Assembly (NCBI GenBank): GCA_964016885.1
Contig: OZ024744.1
Location: 98,022,001-98,086,000 of the forward strand
Origin: Eledone cirrhosa
Taxonomy: Eukaryota
Direction: 5' to 3'
DNA: 64,000 nucleotides
The position numbers were made by a program, and so were the translations under genes. Below are positions 11,850 through 25,489 of this stretch, in pieces. The notes under the pieces are model-generated. The model was given only the letters and a program-made list of their open reading frames with translations. It made no database searches and had not been told where the DNA came from. Each line of letters starts with the position of its first letter. Positions within the stretch are counted from its first letter, which is position 1.

Positions 11850-12120
11850 AGCGAAGATAATACGTCATCAATGACGTTATGCAGACACTCAGGCATATAG
11901 ACAGATATTATAAGAGCGCGACGGAGATAGATAACCGGCGCCTAACACCCTTTAACAACAGAAAATTGAAACAAAAAGCAGCAGTTAATATCTTTAGACC
12001 GCAAGGAATATATAAATCCAAGTTTGAAGTCAATCGGAGTAGAAATGTGGATTTGTATAGACTTTGCAAAAATGAGGACACACAGACAACATCAGTTATA
12101 TATATATATATATATATATA
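11850..12120 (-). mobile_element. Probable non-autonomous Helitron 5' part
   Basis: Minus strand: TATATATAACTGATGTTGTCTGTGTG...CCACATTTCTACTCCGATTGACTTCAAACTT, same layout as the element starting at 27999. Confidence 0.5.
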
Positions 12121-12389
12121 TAAATGTATGTATGTTTATGTATGTATGTGTGTATGTATATGTATGTATAGGTATATGTATGTAAGTAAGTATGCATGTA
12201 TATGTAAGTATGTACGTATGTATGTATCTCTGCATGTATGTCCTTCACTCCCAGTCGTTTAACCGCGCGATCGGGTGTCCAGCCCGACTATGTCTATGTC
12301 CCCGCGCATATACATACACATGCACCCATGCATATACACGTATACGTATACATACATATGTACATGTGCATATACATATTTACACACTT

Positions 12390-13112
12390 TGGGATGGCCG
12401 CTGACTCTTATGAGTTCTTCCGCCCTTTGTCAGGACATTCTTCTAGAAGGTAACTAAGGAAACTGGGATAACTCCGATATAAAACCTGCAGCTCTGTAGT
12501 TACCCATGATGTAGGTATTTTCTTCTTTTCGGGTTATAGCTACTGTCGCTCAGAGAGTGGGATTGGCTCAGTGCACAGTCTTTCCTCACTTTAAAAAAAT
12601 ATCTTCACGCTCAGGCATTGCACGATAGAATTAATTAATAATTATTAATAATGGTATATCGTGCAATGGCCATACTCGATAACGAGGGGGCAGCCATCAT
12701 GTATGTATCTATGACCCCTTAGCCTTTGTCAAGGCAGAATTCTGGGAGAAGGAAAACTCTGATATAACACCTGCAACCCTGATGGTATCCTATGATGTTG
12801 ACTTGTTCTTCTTTTTGGTAAATATCATCTTGGTTAAGAGTGTGGGACTGGCTTTGTGCAGTGCCTTTGCTCACTATAAAAGCTTCACAGCACAGGCATT
12901 GCTTTATATCTGGAGATCTCTCTGCACTTGTCGTCACATGGTACCATGGGCCCAGCACTATGTGTCAATAATTGTCACAGGTGTAGTGTTTGTACCAGAG
13001 TTTTCAAGTCGCTGGCTGGACTAAAAAGTCACACTCGTTCAGCGCATCGGTAGGGGTTCTCCTACATGGATATAAAGTAGTGGCCGTACTCGAAAACGTG
13101 TTGGCAGCCACC
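12390..13112 (+). mobile_element. Non-coding RTE-like retroposon copies (12711-13112 near-identical to 61048-61449; 12390-12625 a diverged relative)
   Basis: Sequence identity within the window; (TATG)n tail. Confidence 0.7.
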
Positions 13113-13514
13113 ATATGTATGTATAGGTATATGTATGTATGTGTATGTATGTATAGGAAAATATCTGTGGATGTAAAAAAAGAAAAAGAAAAACTGCTTA
13201 TTCAGGTATGAACATAAATAATATGTGTTTGTATGTGTGTGTATGTGTATGTGTGTGTGTGTGTCAGTGAACCGGAACGAACACTGCAAAGTATTCTGGC
13301 CGACATTCTAACGACTCTGCCAATTCGCGGCACAAAAAAAAAAAAGAAGTTATATATACAAATGAAAAGGAAAATAAAGTAAAAATGAATAAATAACATT
13401 ATAAAATGTAGGGATCCACCAATGGTGGGGGAAGTCGACTATGAAACATCAGGATACTCCGAGCTGTTGCCTCCCATCTAACTGCACTCTCTAGACAAAA
13501 TGTTCAGAACTTGG

Positions 13515-13565
<51 letters not shown>

Positions 13566-13692
13566 GTAGGAGGTGAGTTTTATTGTAGTACAATAAAGCA
13601 ATGCAGATATCGGATAAGAAGCACTCTACAATTTGTAGGACTGGAGTATACATAATATATAAGAACAAAAGATGGTTAAAAGAGTTCCATGT

Positions 13693-13762
13693 ATTTTATT
13701 ATGCGCATTTCAAAAACAAATATCATCATGCAATAATATTTGTGTTTTCATCAGATAAAACA
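13693..13762 (-). ncRNA. Type I hammerhead ribozyme in PLE 3' end
   Basis: TTTTAT-CTGATGA-AAACACAAATAT..ATATTTGTTTTT-GAAA-TGCGCA-TA|ATAAAA. Confidence 0.88.
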
Positions 13763-14615
13763 TGAAGACATGATATGAAGGTTAAAAAACACTTGTGGAT
13801 AGTTCAGTTTTAAATCAACATATGAGGGGTAGTTTTAGATTGATGTGTGATAGTGGGAAAAATATTTTATTTAGAGGGGGGGTGGAAAGGATGAAAAAGA
13901 GGAGGAGATGAGAGTAAAAAGTGGAGAGGGAGGAGTATAATGAGGAAGGATGAGATAGGAGGAGAGATGGGTGATAGATAGAGAGAGATAGCTTTTATAA
14001 CTGAGAAAGATATATTGTTTTACATAGAGAGGTTGAAAACCGTTGGAAGATAATGAATAAATTAAAAGAATTTGAAAATTAACGAAGAGAAAAATAATGT
14101 AAAGTTAAGGTTTGTATATTGAGGGGTTTGATAATATGTGCGATGAAAAAAGAAAATGTTAATATGTATTGAGAATAATGTTTAAGGGTTTAATAATATG
14201 TGCGATGTTAAGAAGATGTTGATATGTATTATTAAAAGGAACAGGTTATTTAAGTAAGGATATATTGTGAGATGAGCATGAATAAGTTAGATAAAAGGGA
14301 GAAAAGAATAATGAATTGAGGATGAATAATCTAACGTCAAAAAAATGTATATGTTTACGAAGGATTTTTACAAGGTGATATAGAGTAAGAATGTATTGTA
14401 TTGTGTAATAATTGATTCTATGTTAGGCAAGAGTGAGAAAAGGTACAGATTAGGGGTTAGACATTAAAAGAAGAAGAGAAGAATGAGTAACAAGTATTAT
14501 AGAATGTATAATAACCTTTGAAATAAGGTAGAAAGATGGGTATATTTTTAAAAGAAGTGTATATATATATATATGCCTTTTAGAAAAAGATTCTAAATTG
14601 ATAAAGAATTGAATA

Positions 14616-16152
14616 TTAGCTGTATACTTTGTGAAATGTTTTATGGAATTTATGCAAGCAGATAGAAAACAAGTCAGTGCGTCTATTTATTATAGAATCT
14701 AAATTAGAAATAATGGTAAATTTTTCATTTAGGCAGAGATTGCAAATTTTGGATAGAGAACTGTTCAAGTATGGAGACGCAGAAGAAACCTTCTTCCAAA
14801 AGATGCTATATTTAATATTTGTGTCTTTCAATGACCATATGAGTTCTGAGAGAGCCGTGTTGGTTCTTTTAAGTTTGTATTTAAAAGACGAATGATGGTT
14901 ATAAAGACGAGCTTTAAAAGAGGTGGAAGTGGAGCCAAAATAGGTGAAGGAATTGGTGTCAGTTATAACTTTACATTCGTAAATTAAGTTTTTATCAAGA
15001 CAATGGTTGTTGAGAGGACATTTATTTTTAATAGGGCAATTGCAATTGCGATTAGAGAGATTATTAATGAGTGACCTAGTGTTATCTATAGAAGGAATTG
15101 GATTGGAGAAGTTATTTGCGATAGGAATAATAGTTTCTTGATTTAGAATGGGATTAAGAACATTTAGCGAAGTTGTGTTTGACGTTGTATTTGGGTTTGT
15201 AGAAATTAGCCTAGGGTTTACAATGACGTCGGGAGTACTATTATTATGATATTCAGTGTTGGAAGGAAGAGATTTAGTATTTAGTATTTTATTGTTGTGT
15301 TTAGAGATAATGTTGGAAATGTTGGAGGATGTAGAATAGGAAAATTTTATAGTGTGTTTGTTAAATATTTTACTATAGATATGTGAGGGAGGGAAGCATT
15401 TATTTAAGGCACTAAAGAATAATTTAGGAATATTGTTATTAATAGAGATGGAGAAAGGAGCATTATACCAGATTATGTTTTTGTATCTAGGTCTTTTATT
15501 AAAGTTATCGGAATGATCATGATTAATTATTCTACTGTAATTTCTTCTAGAATTTGTTTCTTTACTATATTTAATTTTATCTGGATAGCCGGCTTTAGAA
15601 AGCGCGTTATTATAGTAATTGGCGTTAGCATCAAAGATGTTTTTATTAGAAGATAGGTTAGATATTATTTTTCCAATATTACTAACTATAGCATTCTTGA
15701 TATTAGTAGGATGGTTAGATTTAAAGTTAACATAATTTAGGTTCTCATTGTTTTTATGGTAAGGGTAATATAGGCCAGTGTCAAGATTAAGAGATACATC
15801 CAAGAAATTAGCTAGTTTGATGCTGTTATCAAATTCAATTTTTAGGTTATGTTGGTTAAAGAGATTACGTATATTGTTCTTAATAATATTAAGGTTAACT
15901 ATGTTGCAATTTAAGATAGTAAAGAGTCCATCGTCACGATAAATTCCACCGCGAAGTTGAGGAATTTTCCGACTCAAAGAGTTCAAAATAAAGATACCAA
16001 TTAAATATGTCAATTGGGATGAATCGGATGCTCCCATTGTGATGTCGAAGTTGTTAGAGGTATCGGCTCTGGTCCAATATTCGTTGTTGAACTCTAGGAT
16101 GGTTTTACGTGCGGTGAGAATGATGTGAAGTTCATCTGTGGTGATGTCTGTT
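14616..16152 (-). CDS. PLE RT (C-terminal half) plus GIY-YIG endonuclease, no native start
   Basis: Open frame from KTDITTDELHIIL to HKVYS*; the upstream part of the listed ORF is unrelated sequence. Confidence 0.85.
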
Positions 16153-16155
16153 TTC

Positions 16156-18740
16156 CCGGGATCAATGCCGTTCATACTCACCGCTAAGATTCTATAGAAT
16201 GCTACTATAAAGGTATTACCGACAGCATTGCCCGGCTGGTAGAGAACTTCAGGCGCCAGACAACATTCGTTCCAGGCATCAGATATCCAATTTTGATCCA
16301 ATCTTGACCCAAGACTGAAACTCCGTAACAGAAGAGTGTGCCTCACAAATGGCAATCACACTTATTCAATGTCTAGGAAGCTTTACAAATATCGACTTTA
16401 CAGATCTTCGACGCATGCCTATGCATCATCAGTCACGGAATACTGAGCTTTATAAGCTAATAGTCTTGGTAACAGATAGATCTTCTGGTTCAGAGAACCC
16501 GACTTTTCTACAAGAATCGATAGAGCAGGCGCTCCAACATCATCGGATTTGACACTAAGACACGACAGACAGATTATGATATATTACCGTGACAATGTAT
16601 GTGGTTGCTACCTCTGCACCGACCATTCAGAAATAGCTACCCCTCAGCCCATTTCTGTGTATGACTGACTACCTTGTTCGTAGCTTCGATATCATGGTCG
16701 AACCAAATGTCAAGCATCTAAAGCCGGACTGTCGATCCAGCGGCAGACGACACTGCTGGTATGAACTTGCTTCTTTGTGTGTCGAGTTCTGGTTAATGAA
16801 TGCTCCTTTTACCAATTCATATTGCTTCGATATGGTGCCGACTACTTCGATTTCCATTGACTGACACCATAATGTTGTTTACATATGCTGAGATGGCCGT
16901 GTTGTTTAACATCTACAGCTCAGGAGCTAAAATGTACAGAATTGATAAGCAAAGTCACCCTGGATGGACCTAAAGCATGATACCAAACAGCTATGAATTT
17001 ACCACCATTGTCGATTAGATGTCATTGTGCAATGCTGCGATCCAGCCTCAGGGCACTAAACCCAAACCATCTGCGCCCAAAACACTCAGCAGTTACCGAT
17101 GTTCGCCATCCACCTCCACTCTCCACCCCACTGTGAAATGTTTTATATTGATCTAAGTTGATCAACTCATTACCAAAGTCAAATATAGGCTTGACTCTTT
17201 CTATAATGTATCCAACGATGTGGAGGTTGTTCTGGATAGATCGTACAAATTCATGCGACCCCAACGACATTATCAGCATCAAAGGTCAACCTCTTTGCTT
17301 GAAACATGGCAGACATTTTCAACAATGTGTTGGGCACTGTTAACCCTTTAGTATTTACATTACTCTATATTTACTATTGTATTTTCACAGTAAAGGCTTT
17401 TTCACGCATAATTATTTCACATAATATCGAATCGATGAGATTTTGATATTATTTATTTTGAGAACAATACCATAACATCAGTATGAGTGGCCGGTTATGG
17501 CAAATTTGAACAGAAAGTGGTGAGAGAATTTCGGCCGGATATGGACGGTTTAAATGCTAAAGGGTTAAAGGTCTAAAATTTTATATAATATTCCCCTTGT
17601 TCACGTTCTTTCTCACATAGCTGGAAATTATTCTGTTACTTACTTGGCAAACAAGTCTAACACGCTACAATAAAGTTTGTAGAAAAGCTCATATAGTCTT
17701 GGGGACGGTATAACCAGGCACAGTCAGACATAGCATCCGCTATTTCAGAAACTGAAATTGGATTTTTATCACCTCACCCCAGCTACAGAGCACTAAACCT
17801 GAAACCACCTGCGCCCAAAACACTCATCAGTTACGGATGCTCGCCACCCACCTCTACTCCCCAGTTTGCGACAAACTGTTGAGGTAGGCATTTGAGTCCA
17901 CCATCTCCAGTCTGTCTCTCTTCCATAAATCTTCGGCAAAGCACTGCAAAAAAAAAAAAAAAAAAGCTACATTCATCTGCTTGGAATCGAATGTCACAGA
18001 CATTTCGTGGATCAGCAAAGATTGAAATGTAGCTTTGTTTCCTTGATGCGCCTCTGTTGCCCAGATCCATCGAACGGTTTTAGTAACCCTTTTCTCTTAG
18101 TATACACGTCATAGACCGGACATCGCAGCCTTCAAAGAAATTGTCAAGTTTCATTCTCGCCGCTGCCACTTCGGCTACGTAGGCCTTTCTGAAAGCTTAT
18201 TCAAACCCACCGCTAAAACCACCCTCTCTGATGATTTCTACTGCTACATTTTTATTATACCTTCCCGATTCTAATCTAATTTTTTTCCTTCTCAAAACCA
18301 CGACCTCGTTCAAGAAATTGCAAAGATATTGTTCTTGCTATTACTACATAGACCCTGATGTCCTTCTGTATAACTCACCTTCATAAAAAGTAATTTATAT
18401 CATTAGTTACTTACTAAACAAAGATTTTCCACATCAATTTCCCCTTAAATATTTCACTAATCTGGTCACTGTCAGCTTTCTGCGTCGTAAACAATGCATT
18501 CAACCTCCAGCAATCTCGTCCTTGTCAAATGTGTCCGATCTGAGATACTGAAAAGATCCTAAACTGCAGTCAGTGTAGTCAACCACAGAGACATGCCTCG
18601 AACAATGGCTAACATGAGGACTTACGTACTTGTTCCCGAAATCCGAGGAGACACAGGACCCCAAATATTGCAGACCTAATTACCTACCTATCAACAATGT
18701 ACATGTTCATCATCTCCATCGTTACCAAGATGACCTATGA
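16156..18740 (-). mobile_element. Old, heavily degraded Tx1-clade LINE ORF2
   Basis: Remnants SIQNNLHIVGYIIERV..LINLDQYK, QKWAEG and DYTD align with the younger copy at 47102-49180. Confidence 0.7.
17344..17564. mobile_element. piggyBac-type MITE
   Basis: TTAA|CCCTTTAGTATTTA...TAAATGCTAAAGGG|TTAA: 14-bp TIRs (one mismatch) and TTAA TSD. Confidence 0.9.
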
Positions 18741-18744
18741 CCTC

Positions 18745-21495
18745 CTCGGCAATAACAGCTTGTTACTACACCAGGAGAACCTATAGCTTTTTACTACACC
18801 TACAGAACCTATAGCTTGTTACTCTACCAGAGAACCTATAGTTTGACAATAATAGCTTGTTACTACACCAAGAGAACCTATAGCTTGTTATTCCACAAGA
18901 GAACCTATAGCTTGACAATAACAGCTTGTTACTCTACCAGAGAACCTATAGTTTGACAATAATAGCTTGTTACTACACCAAGAGAACCTGTAGCTTGTTA
19001 TTCCACCTGAGAACCTATAGCTTGACAATAACAGCCTCTTACTATACCAAGCGAATCTATAGTTTGACAATAACAGCTTCTTGCTACACCAGGAGAACCT
19101 ATAGTTTGACAATAATAGCTTGTTACTACACCAACAGAACCTATAGCTTTCTCGACAATAACAGCTTGTTACTATACCTACAGAACCTATAGTTTGACAA
19201 TAATAGTTGTTACTACACCAAGAGAACCTATAGCTTGCCAATAACAGCTTGTTACTATACCTACAGAACCTATAGGCTAACAATAATAGTTGTTACTACA
19301 CCAAGAGACCCTATAGCTTGACAATAACAGCTTGTTACTATACCTACAGAATCTATAGCCTGACAATAATAGTTGTTACTACACCAAGATAACCTATAGC
19401 TTGTTATTCCACCAGAGAACCTATAGTTTGACAATAAAAACTTGTTACTGCACCAAGAGAATCTATAGCTTTCTCGACAATAACAGCTTGTTACTGCACC
19501 AAGCGAACCTATACATTGACAATAATAGTTTGTTACCACACCAGGAGAACCTATTGCTTGACAATAACAGCTTGTTACTACACCAGGGGAACCTATAGCT
19601 TGACAATGATAGTTTATTACTACACCAACAGAACTTATAGCTTTCGCGACAATAACAGCTTGTTACTATACCTACAGAACCTATAGTTTGACAATAATAG
19701 TTGTTATTACACCAAGAGAACCTATAGCTTGCCAATAACAGCTTGTTACTATACCTACAGAACCTATAGGCTAACAATAATAGTTGTTACTACACCAAGG
19801 GACCCTATAGCTTGACAATAACAGCTTGTTACTATACCTACAGAATCTATAGCCTGACAATAATAGTTGTTACTACACCAAGATAACCTATAGCTTGTTA
19901 TTCCACCAGAGAACCTATAGTTTGACAATAAAAACTTGTTACTGCACCAAGAGAATCTATAGCTTTCTCGACAATAACAGCTTGTTACTGCACCAAGCGA
20001 ACCTATATATTGACAATAATAGTTTGTTACCACACCAGGAGAACCTATTGCTTGACAATAACAGCTTGTTACTACACCAGGGGAACCTATAGCTTGACAA
20101 TGATAGTTTATTACGACACCAACAGAACTTATAGCTTTCGCGACAATAACAGCTTGTTACTACACCAACAGAACCTATAGTTTTCTCAAAATAACAGCTT
20201 GTTACTATACGAAGCGAACCTATAGTTTGACAATAACAGCTTCTTATTACACCAGGAGAACCTACAGTTTGACAATAATAGCTTGTTACTACACATACAG
20301 AACCTATAGCTTTCTCGACAATAACAGCTTGTTACTATACCTACAGAATCTATAGCCTGACAATAATAGTTGTTACTACACCAAGAGAACCTATATCTTG
20401 CCAATAACAGCTTGTTACTATACCTACAGAACCTATAGCTTGCCAATAACAGCTTGTTACTATACCTACAGAATCTATAGCCTGACAATAATAGTTGTTA
20501 CTACACCAAGAGAACCTATAGCTTCCTCGATAACAGCTTGTTATTCACCAGAGAACCTATAGTTTGACAATAGCAGCTTCTTACTACACCAGAAGAACTT
20601 ATAGCTTGACAATAACAGCTTGTTACTATACCAAGAGAACCTATAGTTTGACAATAACAGCTTGTTACTACACCAGGAGAACCTATAGTTTGACAATAAT
20701 AACTTGTTACTACACCAAGAGAACTTATAGCTTCCTAGACAATAACAGCTTGTTACTTCATCGATAACAGCTTGTTACTCTACCAGAGGGCCTATAGTTT
20801 AACAATAATAGCGTGTTATTACACCAAAAGAATCTATAGCTTGTTATTCCACCAAAGAACCTATAGTTTCACAATAAAAACTTGTTACTGCACCAAGGGA
20901 ACCTATAGCTTTCTCGACAATAATAGCTTGTTACTGCACCATGCGAACCTATACATTGACAATAGTTTGTTACCATACCAGGAGAACCTATTGCTTGACA
21001 ATTATAGCTTGTTACTACACCAGGGGAACCTATAGCTTTCTCGACAATAACAGCTTGTTACTATACCAACAGAACTTATAGCTCTCTCGACAATAACAGC
21101 TTGGTACTACACCAACAGAACCTATAGTTTTCTCGAAATAACAGCTTGTTACTATACCTATAGAACCTATAGCTTGACAATAACAGCTTGTTACTACACC
21201 ATGAAAACCTATAGCTTGTTATTCCACCAGAGAACCTATAGCTTGACAATAATAGCTTGTTACTACACCAAGAGAACCTATAGCTTGTTATTCCACCAGA
21301 GAACCTATACTTTGACAATAACAGCTTGTTACTGCGCCTGAGAACCTATGGTTTTCTTGTCAATAACAGCTTGTTATTACACCAAGAGAAAGAGAACCTA
21401 TAGCTTCCTCAATTATAACAGCTTGTTACCACACCAAGAGAGCCTATAGCTTGACAAAAACAGGCTATTACCACACCAAGAGAACTTATAGCTTC
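18745..21495. repeat. ~43-bp minisatellite (AGAACCTATAGCTTGACAATAACAGCTTGTTACTACACCAAG) with a 494-bp higher-order duplication
   Basis: Diverged tandem units; near-identical ORF pairs offset by 494 bp (19270/19764, 19401/19895). Confidence 0.95.
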
Positions 21496-21602
21496 CATGA
21501 GCAACATAACAGAAGAGATGTAAATAGGTAAGCTATAGATGTAATAACCAACTATTGGTTAATAAAGACAAACAGATAAAACTGTCGAACAAGGTGGATA
21601 AA

Positions 21603-23635
21603 CTACATATAAGGCATTTGACCCATGTACCGCACTCCTGGCATTTGACCCATGTACCGCACTCCTGGCATTTGACCCATGTACAGCATTCCTGGCATTT
21701 GACCCATGTACCGCTCTCCTGGCATTTGACCCATGTACCGCTCTCCTGGCATTTGACCTATGTACCGCTCTCCTGGCATTTGACCCATGTACCGCTCTCC
21801 TGGCATTTGACCCATGTACCGCACTCCTGGCATTTGACCCATGTACCGCTCTCCTGGCATTTGACCCATGTACCGCTCTCCTGGCATTTGACCCATGTAC
21901 CGCACTCCTGGCATTTGATCCATGTACCGCACTCCTGGCATTTGACCCATGTACCGCTCTCCTGGCATTTGACCCATGTACCGCTCTCCTGGCATTTGAC
22001 CCATGTACCGCTCTCCTGGCATTTGACCCATGTACCGCACTCCTGGCATTTGATCCATGTACCGCACTCCTGGCATTTGACCCATGTACCGCTCTCCTGG
22101 CATTTGACCCATGTACCGCTCTCCTGGCATTTGACCCATGTACCGCTCTCCTGGCATTTGACCCATGTACCGCACTCCTGGCATTTGATCCATGTACCGC
22201 ACTCCTGGCATTTGACCCATGTACCGCTCTCCTGGCATTTGACCCATGTACCGCTCTCCTGGCATTTGACCCATGTACAGCATTCCTGGCATTTGACCCA
22301 TGTACCGCACTCCTGGCATTTGATCCATGTACCGCACTCCTGGCATTTGACCCATGTACCGCTCTCCTGGCATTTGACCCATGTACCGCACTCCTGGCAT
22401 TTGACCCATGTACCGCACTCCTGGCATTTGACCCATGTACCGCTCTCCTGGCATTTGACCCATGTACCGCACTCCTGGCATTTGACCCATGTACCGCTCT
22501 CCTGGCATTTGACCCATGTACCGCACTCCTGGCATTTGACCCATGTACCGCTCTCTTGGCATTTGACCCATGTACCGCACTCCTGGCATTTGACCCATGT
22601 ACCGCTCTCCTGGCATTTGACCCATGTACCGCTCTCGTGGCATTTGACCTATGTACCGCTCTCCTGGCATTTGACCCATGTACCGCTCTCCTGGCATTTG
22701 ACCTATGTACCGCTCTCCTGGCATTTGACCCATGTACCGCACTCCTGGCATTTGACCTATGTACCGCTCTCCTGGCATTTGACCTATGTACCGCTCTCCT
22801 GGCATTTGACCCATGTACCGCACTCCTGGCATTTGACCCATGTACCGCACTCCTGGCATTTGACCTATGTACCGCTCTCCTGGCATTTGACCCATGTACA
22901 GCATTCCTGGCATTTGACCCATGTACCGCTCTCCTGGCATTTGACCCATGTACCGCACTCCTGGCATTTGACCCATGTACAGCATTCCTGGCATTTGACC
23001 CATGTACCGCTCTCCTGGCATTTGACCCATGTACAGCATTCCTGGCATTTGACCCATGTACCGCTCTCCTGGCATTTGACCTATGTACCGCTCTCCTGGC
23101 ATTTGACCCATGTACCGCATTCCTGGCATTTGACCCATGTACCGTTCTCCTGGCCTTTGACCCATGTACCGCTCTCCTGGCCTTTGACCCGTGTACAGCA
23201 TTCCTGGCATTTGACCCATGTACCGCTCTCCTGGCATTTGACCCATGTACCGCACTCCTGGCATTTGACCCATGTACCGCTCTCCTGGTATTTGACCTAT
23301 GTACCGCTCTCCTGGCATTTGACCCATGTACCGCATTCCTGGCATTTGACCCATGTACCGCTCTCCTGGCCTTTGACCCATGTACCGCTCTCCTGGCCTT
23401 TGACCCGTGTATCGCTCTCCTGGCATTTGACCCATGTACCGCTCTCCTGGCATTTGACCCATGTACCGCATTCCTGGCATTTGACCCATGTACCGTACTC
23501 CTGGCATTTGACCCATGTACCGCTCTCCTGGCCTTTGACCCATGTACCGCTCTCCTGGCCTTTGACCCATGTACCGCTCTCCTGGCTTTTGACCCATGTA
23601 CCGCTCTCCTGGCCTTTGACCCATGTACCGCACTC
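21603..23635 (-). CDS. Candidate terminal exon of a repetitive Met/Gly/Arg/Tyr/Pro/Gln-rich protein, (PGERYMGQM)n
   Basis: Acceptor-like TTATTCTATATTCAG directly precedes the first repeat; 676 open codons end ..MGQMPYM* just past the last repeat. Confidence 0.45.
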
Positions 23636-23637
23636 CT
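21613..23637. repeat. 27-bp minisatellite, about 75 copies (GGCATTTGACCCATGTACCGCTCTCCT)
   Basis: Perfectly phased units with substitutions only; long ORFs on both strands show no indels. Confidence 0.97.
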
Positions 23638-23715
23638 GAATATAGAATAACCTCAATAGCGACACAGTCTTCCTAATAACTATTAAATTTATTACGGAGA
23701 GCATGAAAACCTTAG

Positions 23716-25474
23716 CCCTTTACCATTCACATTACTCTATATATACTATTGTATTTTCATGGTAAAGGCTTTACCTCACATAACATTTACATTACTCTAT
23801 ATATACTATTGTATTTTCATGGTAAAGGCTTTACCTCACATAACATTTACATTACTCTATATATACTATTGTATTTTCATGGTAAAGGCTTTACCTCACA
23901 TAACATTTACATTACTCTATATCTACTATTGTATTTTCATGGTAAAGGCTTTACCTCACGTAATTATCTCACATAACATTCACATTACTCTATATCTACT
24001 ATTGTATTTTCATGGTAAAGGCTTTACCTCACATAACATTCACATTACTCTATATCTACTATTGTATTTTCATGGTAAAGGCTTTACCTCACATAACATT
24101 TACATTACTCTATATCTACTATTGTATTTTCATGGTAAAGGCTTTACCTCACGTAATTATCTCACATAACATTCACATTACTCTATATCTACTATTGTAT
24201 TTTCATGGTAAAGGCTTTACCTCACGTAATTATCTCACATAACATTCACATTACTCTATATCTACTATTGTATTTTCATGGTAAAGGCTTTACTTCACGT
24301 AACATTCACATTACTCTATATCTACTATTGTATTTTCATGGTAAAGGCTTTACCTCACGTAACATTCACATTACTCTATATCTACTATTGTATTTTCATG
24401 GTAAAGGCTTTACCTCACGTAATTATCTCACATAACATTCACATTACTCTATATCTACTATTGTATTTTCATGGTAAAGGCTTTACCTCACATAACATTT
24501 ACATTACTCTATATCTACTATTGTATTTTCATGGTAAAGGCTTTACCTCACATAACATTTACATTACTCTATATCTACTATTGTATTTTCATGGTAAAGG
24601 CTTTACCTCACGTAATTATCTCACATAACATTCACATTACTCTATATCTACTATTGTATTTTCATGGTAAAGGCTTTACCTCACGTAACATTCACATTAC
24701 TCTATATCTACTATTGTATTTTCATGGTAAAGGCTTTACCTCACATAACATTTACATTACTCTATATCTACTATTGTATTTTCATGGTAAAGGCTTTACC
24801 TCACGTAATTATCTCACATAACATTCACATTACTCTATATATACTATTGTATTTTCATGGTAAAGGCTTTACCTCACGTAACATTCACATTACTCTATAT
24901 ATACTATTGTATTTTCATGGTAAAGGCTTTACCTCACATAACATTTACATTACTCTATATCTACTATTGTATTTTCATGGTAAAGGCTTTACCTCACATA
25001 ACATTTACATTACTCTATATCTACTATTGTATTTTCATGGTAAAGGCTTTACCTCACGTAATTATCTCACATAACATTCACATTACTCTATATATACTAT
25101 TGTATTTTCATGGTAAAGGCTTTACCTCACGTAACATTTACATTACTCTATATATACTATTGTATTTTCATGGTAAAGGCTTTACCTCACGTAATTATCT
25201 CACATAACATTGAAGCTGAGAGATTTTGATATTATTTATTTTGAGAACAATACCTTAACATCATTATTATCAATCCCGCCAAGGTTGACTTTGCCTTTCA
25301 TCCTTACGGAGTCGATTAAAAAAAAGTACCAGTAATACACTGCGATAATTGCTGGCCTTGTGCCAAAAGTAGAAACAATTATTTTCGACCGGTTACAGCC
25401 ACTTTGGACAGAAAGAGGAGAGAGAATTCTGACCGGATATGGCTGAAGATAAGTCGTTAATACAGGTAAAAGGG
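23716..25474. mobile_element. piggyBac-type MITE (family of 17344) expanded by an internal 60/73-bp tandem array, with a SINE insert
   Basis: Starts TTAG|CCCTTTACCATT and ends GGTAAAAGGG|TAA; the array unit matches the first ~60-70 bp of the 17344 MITE; MITE sequence resumes after 25210. Confidence 0.85.
23730..25210. repeat. 60/73-bp minisatellite, about 23 units
   Basis: CATTACTCTATATCTACTATTGTATTTTCATGGTAAAGGCTTTACCTCACATAACATTTA units. Confidence 0.96.
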
Positions 25475-25489
25475 TAACGACGGTTTCGG

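Larger units (their letters stand above)
13563..16155 (-). mobile_element. Penelope-like element, Naiad-type, 5'-truncated, ending at (TA)n
   Basis: RT (FDITMG, GGIYRDDGL, NFLDVSLNL), CxCx5CPL linker, GIY-YIG (NLIY..YFGST..KARLYNH), ~1-kb 3' UTR with a hammerhead, ends at (TA)n. Confidence 0.92.

Noticed and set aside
16156-16355. N-terminal 65 aa of the 579-aa PLE ORF
   Set aside because: Chance read-through from the adjacent degraded Tx1 remnant.
21603-23633. Calling the repeat protein a reflectin
   Set aside because: It shares ERYM and the Met/Arg/Tyr bias but lacks the MD(X)5MD(X)5MD reflectin motif.
21555-23650. Plus-strand ORFs (HLTHVPLSW)n and (AFDPCTALL)n
   Set aside because: Open because the 27-bp unit lacks stops in these frames; no supporting splice or start context comparable to the minus strand.
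18745-25210. CRISPR-like regular repeats
   Set aside because: Contiguous tandem units without unique spacers, no cas genes, eukaryotic context.
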